Below, piece after piece: positions 13,787 through 24,599 of a stretch of DNA of 64,000 bases. The position numbers and the translations under genes are program-made. The notes beneath the pieces are model-generated. The model had not been told where the DNA came from. It saw only the letters and a program-made list of their open reading frames with translations, and did no database searches. How positions within the stretch are numbered: position 1 is the stretch's first letter; the number at the start of each line of letters is the position of its first letter. This stretch comes from Macrostomum hystrix (lineage: Eukaryota > Animalia > Platyhelminthes): positions 3,472,001 to 3,536,000 of the forward strand of contig CATNEN010000001.1 in the NCBI GenBank assembly GCA_950097015.1, in the 5' to 3' direction.

Positions 13787-16121
13787 TGATGTGGAGTGTG
13801 CTGCGGGAATCGAGTGGGAATGTGAGCCAGCATAATTTTTCGAATTTTTAAGTAACTAATAATTGCGACCCACATAGCAGCTGGTCACAAAACAAGATCA
13901 TTAATCTTAGGGCCGGGTTTGAGGCGGCGGTGAATCAAGTAGCTGCCGAATCCTCTCTCTCCGGAGTTGTCTAGACTCCCCGTAGGAATGACTGATCGCG
14001 GCCATAATGTTACTGTATGAACTAGTCTAGGTCATAATTCCCCTCCAAACCGCGATCAGATATAGGGGCTCACTCACGCGTTATGAGTGATCGTAAAATT
14101 CTTCATGTCCTCGCTTCTTTACCGTATTCGAGTCCAGCTCGACTTTTATGACCTCCTTCCTTTAGATACATGTAAATATCACTGTAGGCAGGTCGGCGCC
14201 TGCGCTTCCATTGTCCCGGCGGAGTAACAATCGCTGGCTGACTGCCGACGGCTGTTCGCGCAGAACATCTGTCGTTTCCCGCCGCCGGTTCATTGGGAAA
14301 TTGGGGCGGCAGTCGCCGCTTCAATCCCTCGATGACAGGCTGGCGCGAATGTGGGTTGCTTTGATGGATGTCGGGGTTGGCGTGCTGCAAGGCCTATTTA
14401 AGCAAGCGCGCGGCGCTGCTCCCTCAAAAAAACCTTTTTGCTTCGGACCCTCTTTCTCCCACCGGCTCTTCCCTTTCTCCCCTGCCGGACTTACTTTTGC
14501 CGGGCCGGACTCCCACCGGGCCCAGGACTTATCCCCCAGACCCATTTAGGGCATAGACCCTCGAGCTTATAGCTCCGCAGTTAGCGCAGGCCAATTGCCT
14601 GTTCCCATCCCTTAAGCGCAAGCCACCTCTTTAGGTGAGCTGTTAAATTGAGCCTTGAGCTCCAAGCGTGTTGGCCCCTTGCCGACTCGCAGCATCTTTC
14701 CCTTCCCGGCTTTTGCTATTTTACCCCATCCCCTTCCCCGAGATCGACGGGATTGCAGCACGCGGCTGGAGCATCCAGATAAGTAATCCGCGCAGCGGTT
14801 TGCAATTATTGCTCCTAAGGGGCTTTCTATTAGTTAGGCGGCATTTAGTGGGAGGAAGCTAGGAACTTTTTTCGCCTAATAAACTATCTAATCTAAGCAT
14901 TTTTACTTATTGGGCTTAACTTTATAACAACTTAATTTCTTTTATTATGTCTCCTTTTCACCTTTATTTTAACCTTAGACAGCCCTCTACCATGAGTGGC
15001 TAATCTATTAGGGGAATGGGCTCTGGCACAGCCGAGCTGAAAGCTGCGGCAGGAAGGCAATTGTAAGCGCGCATGAGAGTAATATGGAGCTAGGGATTTG
15101 CAAGTAAAATGCGGAGTGTAGCACGTGTTTTCTTTCTGCCCAGGGGTGGGGAATTCCCTGGCGGGTTTTCCTCGTTTCCTAGCGGAACTGGGAGTGCGTG
15201 TCAGGCTCCCCTGCCAATTGAGTTTCCCTTCCGTTCCCCCTCCCGCTTCCACCGCCAGGGAAGCGGGGGGTGATGATCTTTTAATCTTACGCTCGCATAA
15301 TCACTCAGCCAGTGTTCAGCTTAATCTCTCCTGCCTCTGTTTTCCTCAACTCACACAGACCGGATTTGCTAGTTATCTAATGTGTAGGCTGCAGTCTAAT
15401 GTACCGAATGTGTCTGATGTTTCATGAGTAGGACTCTGGCTAGGGATTTCGCTTTCAGGTTCGGAGTACCACCTCTCTAGACCACTGTAGCGCAAATTCA
15501 GGAATGCCCTGGTGAGGCGTGTCTCGATCCATTCTGGGGTCTTCACCCTAGTCTAAAACGGAAGTTACAGAAGGCTCTATTTTTTCGGCTTGTCTAAGAT
15601 CTGTGTGACAAACTAGGAGCCGCGAGCTCCGGGGACCCAAGTTCCCAAATGTCTGCGGTGGCCACGTAGGCGCATTGGGTGGTGGCGCTACCTTAGATCA
15701 TTTTCCGCTTTGCCGATAGCCTTTCCGCATTTCTAAGACAAGAGCCTAGGCCGAGTCGACCACTGCTACCGAGTTTAGGGGTCAGTTACGAACATGCTAC
15801 TGATGACAGTAGGCTGCATAGCCCTGTCCTATCCGTCTGCGGGTAGTCCGACATCTATTTAGACTTTTAGCCGGTTTCGAGCACTGCTTGGGGTAGGCAC
15901 GGCAGTCATGCCTGTGGCCTATGGGTTGAGTGGGACTGGCCAGCCTGAGGCCGAGAGGACCACTCCCTGCATCCACTGTCTCTCCCTTCATCTCTCCCTT
16001 CATCCCTCTTTCCGCGGCAACTCGCGAACCTTTGCGGTATGACTTCCGACTCTATCGCCATCCCCACACTCCTTTCCTTCACGAGGACAGATCATCGGAT
16101 TGCAAACCCGCAGCTATTTCA
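13787..16121 (+). repeat. 5' LTR (2335 bp)
   Basis: TGATGTGG...GCTATTTCA. The ORF translations inside it match those of the 3' copy. TATTTAA at ~14395 and AATAAA at ~14878. Confidence 0.96.
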
Positions 16122-16122
16122 A

Positions 16123-16142
16123 TGGTGGCATCGAGGTGGGAT
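16123..16142 (+). promoter_or_regulatory. Primer binding site, tRNA-Leu-like
   Basis: TGGTGGCATCGAGGTGGGAT begins 1 nt after the LTR and resembles the Leu-tRNA PBS TGGTGGCAGCGGTGGGAT. Confidence 0.8.
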
Positions 16143-16508
16143 CTAGAAAGGGCGCGAAACGAACCTGAATTTATTTCAATTGTTAGTTAAGCGCCGCAGA
16201 TTTCTGTGGCGGTTAGCCGTAAGGGCTTCTTCTAGATTTCATTATCCGTATGCCGGAATCTTATCTCTGGAGACTGGACTTCAGTTCCGAGTAACTGTCA
16301 ATTAATTCTCTTCGAACAGTTTCAATTTGATTCGGACTTTAATGTAAGGTTTTGTTAGAGTTTCTAAAAATTCTGATTAGTGACTTTCTACTATGAGTAG
16401 GCTGTGTGAGTGGACTTCATGCTAGAGTGTCTTCGGGTTATGTGGCTACTGCAGGAGTCGGGGACTGTCTGCGGGGTTTTCCTGCGTGATTGTTCTAGGC
16501 GAGGGTAA

Positions 16509-17037
16509 TCTAAACGGAGTAACCGGGCTCTAAGCCACGGACCCCTAAGCCGAAGCGAGGCTCCAGATGTAAAATACCTGGACTTCCCAGCCTTGTAAAT
16601 CGCAGAGGCGAAGCCCCTGGCCACCCCCCCCAGGAAGGGCCCTCTGAGCGAATCGGGGATTAGCTTTTCCTTGGGCGTCGCGCAAGGCCCGTTCTCATGT
16701 TCCTGATTCTGAAGGTGCCACGTAGCTTTGACTAAGTCTAACTTATGGGCGGAATAGTTAAGGGTCGGGACCCTGAGGGAGTCTAAGGACGCCCGTGCCC
16801 GCGCCCTGAAACTGCCGACCTTGGGGATAGGCTAGAAATCGGTCGGCATGTCCTTTTCTAAGAAGCTCTCTGAAGGGTGGTCTAAACGCAGTAACCGGGC
16901 TTTTGCCCTACGGACTCCTAAGCCGAAGCGAGGCTCCAGATGTAAAATACCTGGACTTCCCAGCCTTGTGAATCGCAGAGGCGAAGCCCCTGGCCACCCC
17001 CCCCAGGAAGGGCCCTCTGAGCGAATCGGGGATTAGC
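16509..17037 (+). repeat. Duplicated ~156-nt structured segment in the 5' leader (16509-16664 and 16881-17037)
   Basis: Near-identical direct copies containing nested inverted repeats. Confidence 0.9.
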
Positions 17038-17485
17038 CTTCTTTGAGTAACTTATTGAAGTCGTGTACTTTCCAAGGTAGGGCGATAGGCTGCTGCAGGC
17101 GCAGGCTGGCAGTAGTACTGGCCCCGCCGTACCTATAGTGTAACAGTCCGCTATAGGGTTGCTGAATGAGTGCTAAGTTAAAACCTAGACTCCTATGTCC
17201 CAAGTTCGAGTGCGCGCAAGCAGTTGTCGGAAGCCAAGGCTGGAAGTAGAGCTAGCCAGGGCCCCGGGCCCTTTCTCTCTCCCATCAGTTTTTCATTTAT
17301 CGCTTTATCGGCCGCTGCATCGCAGTCTTTGTTCGCTAGGGCCGGTTTTTTTTTCAATTGCTTATTCTCCGCGGCCACTGCCGTGTGCAGCACCCCGCTT
17401 AGCCCATTTTTTTCTCATCCCCAGTGTGGCTTTAGCGACAAACTCCCTCTTAACTCGCAAAATCCTCATTTCCTCTGTGGCCAAC

Positions 17486-18559
17486 ATGTCTGACCAGGAG
17501 GATGAGGTGGTGGAGGCTGTTGGCAGTGCCCGCCCACCGAGAGGCCGCGCTGCAGCTGCAGCGCGAGCCGAACCCCCAGCAACTGCGGCAGCCCAGCCGG
17601 CAGACCCAGTGGAGCGCCTAGCCTCCCTGATGGAGCGTTTAGAGCCGCGGCGGGCTAGGACCCACCGAGTAAAAATTGCTTTAGAACCGTTCGAGTCGGC
17701 GAAGGACTCTTTTCCCCGCTGGCTGCGCAGGTTTAATTTGAAGGTCGAGGCCGAGGGTCTTGAGACGGAGGAGGAGAAAATCCTCACCCTCCTGGCTCAC
17801 TTAGGGGGCGAACCCTTGACCCAGGCCATGAGCCTACCGCGCCGAGTGACCTACCCGCGGTTTGTGCAAGATCTGACCGAGGCCCTCAGCGGCGCCTGCA
17901 CACCCTATGCCCGGCTCCTTAGCGGGCGCAACCTTAAGCAGGACAGAGGCGAGTCATACGCCTCGTTCGCTGACCGCCTGCGATCTGTGGCCACCCAGGT
18001 CAACCCCAATGGCCGCGGCCCACCCTTTGAACAAGCCCTCCTGGCCTCCTTCCTAGAAGGTATCACGGCCCCCCCGGAGGTGTTGGCGCCCATGATGCGG
18101 ATGGAATTCGCCACGGTAGAGGCGGCTGCCGCTGAGCTGCGCGCCGCCACCCAGGCATTCGAGATGGCCGCTGAGCGCGACCCCCGTCGCCGAGTGCGCC
18201 AGGTCAGGGCCGGGCTAGCAGAGGAGCAAGAACCCCCCGGCGAGATTCAAGCCGTCCGCCGTGAGCAGCAGCACTTGGCCCAGGAACTGGCCAAAGTTTC
18301 CCAGCAGCTCGCGGAAGTCACGCGGCAGCTGCGCGAATCACAGCCAACCCCGGCCCGCCCGCCTCATCCGCACCCGTCCGGGCACCAGTGGTACCCCAGG
18401 GTAGCAATAGGGCCGCGCAGGAAGCACCGTGGAAACTACGCCGCGGGAAACGGGAGTGGGGCCGCCGACTGGAGGCAGCCCGATTATCCGGAGGCGCCTC
18501 AGGCAGCTCGGGCGATCGAGGCCCCCCCGTTGATGCCTCCCCCATCAAAGTCCGAGTGA
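17486..18559 (+). CDS. gag: Gag polyprotein (357 aa), Ty3/gypsy capsid-like
   Basis: ATG in CCAACATG context. Motifs FPRWLRRF...LLAHLGG and LKQDRGESYASFADRLRS (major-homology-region-like), plus a coiled coil. Confidence 0.88.
   Translation: MSDQEDEVVEAVGSARPPRGRAAAAARAEPPATAAAQPADPVERLASLMERLEPRRARTHRVKIALEPFESAKDSFPRWLRRFNLKVEAEGLETEEEKILTLLAHLGGEPLTQAMSLPRRVTYPRFVQDLTEALSGACTPYARLLSGRNLKQDRGESYASFADRLRSVATQVNPNGRGPPFEQALLASFLEGITAPPEVLAPMMRMEFATVEAAAAELRAATQAFEMAAERDPRRRVRQVRAGLAEEQEPPGEIQAVRREQQHLAQELAKVSQQLAEVTRQLRESQPTPARPPHPHPSGHQWYPRVAIGPRRKHRGNYAAGNGSGAADWRQPDYPEAPQAARAIEAPPLMPPPSKSE
18445..18500 (+). promoter_or_regulatory. -1 programmed ribosomal frameshift signal (G GGA AAC plus downstream stem/pseudoknot)
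   Basis: The heptamer is in the correct gag phase and a -1 shift enters the protease frame (GKREWGRRLE...). A GGGCCGCC/GGCAGCCC stem lies ~6 nt downstream. Confidence 0.75.
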
Positions 18560-18990
18560 ATTCACTCGGCCGAGTCCCCACCCGAGTGCGCACCCGCCCC
18601 AACCGCTCTGAGAAGCTCAGTGAGGTGTGGGTCGCCTTGGAGTTGGACGGGGCACCCCTTGACCTTCTGATCGACACTGGGTCTATGGTCAATGTGCTTC
18701 CGGGCTCGTTGTCATCCATCATCTCCCATTATCATTTCGACCCCCCTCAATTTTCTTTATTCGCATATAATGGCACCCCTATAATTGCACAGGCGCAAGT
18801 CAAAGTCAAATTGCAGGTTGGCGCCGAAGCGTTGGACACGCTATTCTTAGTGGTCGAGGGCGACTGCTCTCCCCTTCTAGGCGCCTCCTGGTTGGCTCAT
18901 CACCACGCCATCCTCGATTTTGACTCGCGCCAACTAATCATTTACAACCAGTCTATTCCCTTCTCGCTCAGGCGGAAGCCTGCCTTTTAG
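18445..18990 (+). CDS. pro: Retroviral-type aspartic protease in the -1 frame, ending at a stop with no RT following
   Basis: LLIDTGS active site and SPLLGASWL motif. Confidence 0.9.
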   Translation, partial: GKREWGRRLEAARLSGGASGSSGDRGPPVDASPIKVRVNSLGRVPTRVRTRPNRSEKLSEVWVALELDGAPLDLLIDTGSMVNVLPGSLSSIISHYHFDPPQFSLFAYNGTPIIAQAQVKVKLQVGAEALDTLFLVVEGDCSPLLGASWLAHHHAILDFDSRQLIIYNQSIPFSLRRKPAF

Positions 18991-19121
18991 GGCTGAGGAA
19001 CTCCCCTCCCCTTTCCTTCCCCCCCTCTCCCCCCCTTGGGGATATTTAGACTGGAGGTTAGTGGAGGAGCCGGGAAGTCTAGAAGGGACGCAGTCAGTTC
19101 AGTTTAACAAGGATTGTCGAC

Positions 19122-19691
19122 ATGGCTGGCCTGAGCATCACTGTGGCCTGGTGGCTGGAGACGGTCGCCACCGACTATCGGCGAGAGTTGGCCGGCAAGA
19201 ATACCTGGATTATGGTCCGCCTGTGGCTACTCCCTGCGTTGGGCCGTGCGGCACAGGCCGGAATCGATCTCGCCCTGGCATGCAGGCTAGCCGAAGCCCG
19301 GTGGTTGGCGCAGGCATGGGTCGAGGAACGGGACCCGAGCCCGCCAAGAGGTGAGGACGAGGAGACCCTGCCTTGGAATGTCCGGTGGCCGCATTACTGT
19401 CCGCCAGAAGACTGGGGCATGGCGGTGCCCGAAGCCCTCATGTCCTGGCTGCAGGCTACCCGGATACCTGGCAGGTGGGATCTCGAGCACCAGCTGGTGG
19501 GAGAGCTGGTTGGTGAAGCCGTCTGGAGGCAATCTTCCGGACTAGCCTCTACACCATGGCATAGCTGGGCAGTGGACGCGTCAACCATCGAGGAGACGCC
19601 ACCAGGCGACAGCACGCTCGGCCGCATGGTGAGACAGATTGAAGGTGATAGTGGGGACATAGCGGAGAGTACGCCCATTAAGGAAGAATAG
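19122..19691 (+). CDS. Orphan Trp-rich ORF3 of the LTR element (189 aa)
   Basis: GACATGG start context and a long GC-rich open frame at the position normally held by pol/env; no known domain recognised. Confidence 0.55.
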   Translation: MAGLSITVAWWLETVATDYRRELAGKNTWIMVRLWLLPALGRAAQAGIDLALACRLAEARWLAQAWVEERDPSPPRGEDEETLPWNVRWPHYCPPEDWGMAVPEALMSWLQATRIPGRWDLEHQLVGELVGEAVWRQSSGLASTPWHSWAVDASTIEETPPGDSTLGRMVRQIEGDSGDIAESTPIKEE

Positions 19692-20764
19692 GAGGATGGG
19701 ATCTTAGAATCCGAATGGAGCATGATAATGCGCGAGGATACCTATGGTAAGCCCTACCCGCCAAATCTTTCCCTTGTTCTCCCCATCCTTTTGCCCTTTA
19801 TTAACAGCTCGCACCGCGCACCTTTTGTTTTTCTTCCTACAGTGCATGCTTTTCCCTCCTCTCATTTAAAAGCCGTCTTGGCACAAAATTTATTCTAAAA
19901 ACTCTTATAATTTTTAGTCAAAAACCCAAAAACATACATATTGGGGCGAAACTCCCCTGGTAAACTTTTCGCTTGAGATAATTTCTAACTGCAGCAGTCT
20001 AGGGCGCGCACCCTTCTTTTCTCAAACATTTAAAATGACTCGCACCACATTGTGAATGGCACCCTCTATATCGCTTTGTTTCGGGTGGGCCGTGGAGTTG
20101 GTTCATCTGGGGACAGATTTCTATATTAGGAGGGATACCAACCCGCCAAAGTGAGCGGGGTGGTATGATGGGCACTCTAAGTTTGGGATGGGGTGGGTGT
20201 TTGAACCGGGAACTGGCAGGCTTTTAGCTCAGGTTGAGGGGAGTTTTCGTATTGGTTTAGAAGGCAGTGGGCATTTCAATGGTGGCTCCTTTTCTAAGGG
20301 AGGTGAGAAGTGACTGTGAGGCACCGCGAAAAGGACAGGGTTGTTTACGTAGATGGATCAACTGGATTGCGGGCACCTAAGCAAGCCTCTCTGTTGTAAC
20401 TTTTCGATTAGTTCCATGTCCACCTTATTATTATTGAGGGGGCTCGCTTTAGATGTAAACTGGGAATGACGCGTTGTTCTTTAGAATTCTCTAAGCATGA
20501 ATAGCACCGATCTGTTAAATCAAGGAAACCAGCCAGAAATCATGTAATCAGCACACGCCACCACTTCTCCTTCGGAATGGGTGTATTATTAAGAACGTAT
20601 TTACGCATTTTTGGTCGAAACCAAATGGTGAGCAAGACATGCATCAAAAAAAATAAGCAATAGGGGCGGGGGAAATAAGCATTGGGATTATGTACTGTGG
20701 CTCTGGGGTCAATGTCTTTGTAAAAAAAACCCCAGAGCCCGTCCTTTCCGGCCTCCCGTCGCCT

Positions 20765-21477
20765 TCAGCGGCGCTGGCGGAGGTAGGCGGCCATCAAGGC
20801 CCCCGCGACGGCCAAGAGGCCGGCCGCAGCGATTGGGCCGATTATTCCTGTCAGGACAGTTTCCCCAATGTCGCGCACGGCCTGCACGAGATGGCCGGGC
20901 GCCACGTCAATATCTGTGGAAGATGGAATGGGTTGTTTTATGAAGAAGTGGGTAGTTGAGCAGCTGCGGCTGGGGGTGAATGCAGGGATTCAGTGATTCC
21001 GTTCGAATAATATTTCACTGGTGGCTAATTCAGGATGAGAGGCAAGGTTGGATTACGGCGACTTACTAATAGCGAATTCTACGCGCGCAGGTGGCTGCGG
21101 TCCGACATCTCTGGAAGTAGGAGGGCAGGACGGTGGTAATCAATCACGGTGAGAGCAAATTCGCGAAATTTTTTATACAAATTAAACTCGATCTAATGCT
21201 AATTTAGGATTTCACTGGGATTTCTCAACTTAGCGGGCCGAGGGATCTGGGTTCGGGTTAAGATCAGTCATAGATAAGAATCGGGTTGGGGGTGCCGGGA
21301 ACTGCTATAATTACCCTAGTTAGTCTAATTATTATTCAATCATTTTAATCGCCCCTCAATAACCGGCCTTGGGAGGCCGAGTAGAAGCAATATAACTCAC
21401 CTTTCTTCTCCAGGCAGCTGCAGGGCCGGGGCTGGCACCTCCGCAAGCGGAATGATGGCGGAGCTTGTTATGCGCAT
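20765..21477 (-). CDS. Antisense 3-exon gene (21477-21401, 21110-21067, 20913-20765) encoding an 89-aa protein with a C-terminal transmembrane helix
   Basis: AAAAATG start; GTGAGT and GTAAGT donors; pyrimidine-rich CCAG/ACAG acceptors; all phases compatible; ends VLTGIIGPIAAAGLLAVAGALMAAYLRQRR*. Minus-strand TATAAATA at 21909-21902. Confidence 0.7.
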
Positions 21478-22052
21478 TTTTACTGCAGCACCGATGGAAC
21501 CGCGCGCAACGCCTCGGCAACCAGCCCGGCGAACATTCTCGGGCACGGCCAGCCGTGAACACCTGGCGCGCGGCAAATCAGAGGCCACCAAGGCCCGGCA
21601 GCAGGATCGGCCAGGGCGCAAATGGGCTGAACAACCTGGACCCACCTGGAGAGAGCACGGCCGGACCCCTCGGACTCAAGGCAAGACGGCCGGGGCCTCC
21701 CAGGATTGCGCAACCGAGACCAAGCCGGGCAAGGAGGACTGGGACGAGCGGCAACCGCCTGGAGAGGAAAGCGAGCCGGGACGAGGCACCCCCTGGGCAA
21801 CGAGAACAACATCGCCGCGACCGGAATGCGCACCCACCTCCCCTCAGGACTCTATCCCTTAGTCGCTAGGGGCGCCGACCGTTTTGACTCTCGCACCAAT
21901 CTATTTATAGCCGTACGTACGTACGCATTAGGGTTTCTTCTCTAGCGGAATTCTTCCTAGGGTTCTCTACGGTATGTTGTAGGTTTTTTTTGTCCCCTCG
22001 ATTCTCGAGACACCCCGCTACTACTGTCAGTAGGCACGTAAGTGTCTTACGT

Positions 22053-22072
22053 GAAAGTGAGCGAAGGTGGAG
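22053..22072 (+). promoter_or_regulatory. Polypurine tract
   Basis: GAAAGTGAGCGAAGGTGGAG abuts the 3' LTR. Confidence 0.75.
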
Positions 22073-24407
22073 TGATGTGGAGTGTGCTGCGGGAATCGAG
22101 TGGGAATGTGAGCCAGCATAATTTTTCGAATTTTTAAGTAACTAATAATTGCGACCCACATAGCAGCTGGTCACAAAACAAGATCATTAATCTTAGGGCC
22201 GGGTTTGAGGCGGCGGTGAATCAAGTAGCTGCCGAATCCTCTCTCTCCGGAGTTGTCTAGACTCCCCGTAGGAATGACTGATCGCGGCCATAATGTTACT
22301 GTATGAACTAGTCTAGGTCATAATTCCCCTCCAAACCGCGATCAGATATAGGGGCTCACTCACGCGTTATGAGTGATCGTAAAATTCTTCATGTCCTCGC
22401 TTCTTTACCGTATTCGAGTCCAGCTCGACTTTTATGACCTCCTTCCTTTAGATACATGTAAATATCACTGTAGGCAGGTCGGCGCCTGCGCTTCCATTGT
22501 CCCGGCGGAGTAACAATCGCTGGCTGACTGCCGACGGCTGTTCGCGCAGAACATCTGTCGTTTCCCGCCGCCGGTTCATTGGGAAATTGGGGCGGCAGTC
22601 GCCGCTTCAATCCCTCGATGACAGGCTGGCGCGAATGTGGGTTGCTTTGATGGATGTCGGGGTTGGCGTGCTGCAAGGCCTATTTAAGCAAGCGCGCGGC
22701 GCTGCTCCCTCAAAAAAACCTTTTTGCTTCGGACCCTCTTTCTCCCACCGGCTCTTCCCTTTCTCCCCTGCCGGACTTACTTTTGCCGGGCCGGACTCCC
22801 ACCGGGCCCAGGACTTATCCCCCAGACCCATTTAGGGCATAGACCCTCGAGCTTATAGCTCCGCAGTTAGCGCAGGCCAATTGCCTGTTCCCATCCCTTA
22901 AGCGCAAGCCACCTCTTTAGGTGAGCTGTTAAATTGAGCCTTGAGCTCCAAGCGTGTTGGCCCCTTGCCGACTCGCAGCATCTTTCCCTTCCCGGCTTTT
23001 GCTATTTTACCCCATCCCCTTCCCCGAGATCGACGGGATTGCAGCACGCGGCTGGAGCATCCAGATAAGTAATCCGCGCAGCGGTTTGCAATTATTGCTC
23101 CTAAGGGGCTTTCTATTAGTTAGGCGGCATTTAGTGGGAGGAAGCTAGGAACTTTTTTCGCCTAATAAACTATCTAATCTAAGCATTTTTACTTATTGGG
23201 CTTAACTTTATAACAACTTAATTTCTTTTATTATGTCTCCTTTTCACCTTTATTTTAACCTTAGACAGCCCTCTACCATGAGTGGCTAATCTATTAGGGG
23301 AATGGGCTCTGGCACAGCCGAGCTGAAAGCTGCGGCAGGAAGGCAATTGTAAGCGCGCATGAGAGTAATATGGAGCTAGGGATTTGCAAGTAAAATGCGG
23401 AGTGTAGCACGTGTTTTCTTTCTGCCCAGGGGTGGGGAATTCCCTGGCGGGTTTTCCTCGTTTCCTAGCGGAACTGGGAGTGCGTGTCAGGCTCCCCTGC
23501 CAATTGAGTTTCCCTTCCGTTCCCCCTCCCGCTTCCACCGCCAGGGAAGCGGGGGGTGATGATCTTTTAATCTTACGCTCGCATAATCACTCAGCCAGTG
23601 TTCAGCTTAATCTCTCCTGCCTCTGTTTTCCTCAACTCACACAGACCGGATTTGCTAGTTATCTAATGTGTAGGCTGCAGTCTAATGTACCGAATGTGTC
23701 TGATGTTTCATGAGTAGGACTCTGGCTAGGGATTTCGCTTTCAGGTTCGGAGTACCACCTCTCTAGACCACTGTAGCGCAAATTCAGGAATGCCCTGGTG
23801 AGGCGTGTCTCGATCCATTCTGGGGTCTTCACCCTAGTCTAAAACGGAAGTTACAGAAGGCTCTATTTTTTCGGCTTGTCTAAGATCTGTGTGACAAACT
23901 AGGAGCCGCGAGCTCCGGGGACCCAAGTTCCCAAATGTCTGCGGTGGCCACGTAGGCGCATTGGGTGGTGGCGCTACCTTAGATCATTTTCCGCTTTGCC
24001 GATAGCCTTTCCGCATTTCTAAGACAAGAGCCTAGGCCGAGTCGACCACTGCTACCGAGTTTAGGGGTCAGTTACGAACATGCTACTGATGACAGTAGGC
24101 TGCATAGCCCTGTCCTATCCGTCTGCGGGTAGTCCGACATCTATTTAGACTTTTAGCCGGTTTCGAGCACTGCTTGGGGTAGGCACGGCAGTCATGCCTG
24201 TGGCCTATGGGTTGAGTGGGACTGGCCAGCCTGAGGCCGAGAGGACCACTCCCTGCATCCACTGTCTCTCCCTTCATCTCTCCCTTCATCCCTCTTTCCG
24301 CGGCAACTCGCGAACCTTTGCGGTATGACTTCCGACTCTATCGCCATCCCCACACTCCTTTCCTTCACGAGGACAGATCATCGGATTGCAAACCCGCAGC
24401 TATTTCA
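22073..24407 (+). repeat. 3' LTR (2335 bp)
   Basis: Copy of 13787-16121, followed by TSD ATAC. Confidence 0.96.
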
Positions 24408-24599
24408 ATACTCACATGAACTATTTACCTACACTTCATTGGCAAACTATATATTTTTGGAGTCTATAGGCATGTCAAGTAATACCATATTATAGGGCCA
24501 CAAAATGGTCAAGTTAGAAAATCCAAAACTGTAACATGTCACCATTGCTATTAATAGGAAAAAGCATAAAAAATTCATGAAATACAATTTCGAATTCTT

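Larger units (their letters stand above)
13787..24407 (+). mobile_element. Gypsy/Ty3-like LTR retrotransposon, non-autonomous (gag-pro only), 10621 bp
   Basis: TG...CA LTRs at a constant 8286-bp offset, 4-bp TSD ATAC (13783-13786 and 24408-24411), PBS, PPT, gag and aspartic protease. Confidence 0.96.

Noticed and set aside
15797-15812. CTGATGA hammerhead core in the LTR
   Set aside because: It is part of a simple CTACTG/CAGTAG hairpin, with no GAAA core partner or three-way junction.
14103-16190. Short ORFs inside the LTRs, duplicated at +8286
   Set aside because: Overlapping, on both strands and without motifs; their identity only reflects the LTR duplication.
17195-17485. 97-aa N-terminal extension of gag given by the ORF track
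   Set aside because: It reads through T-rich leader sequence. The ATG at 17486 has a better context and starts the typical acidic Gag N-terminus. Not fully excluded.
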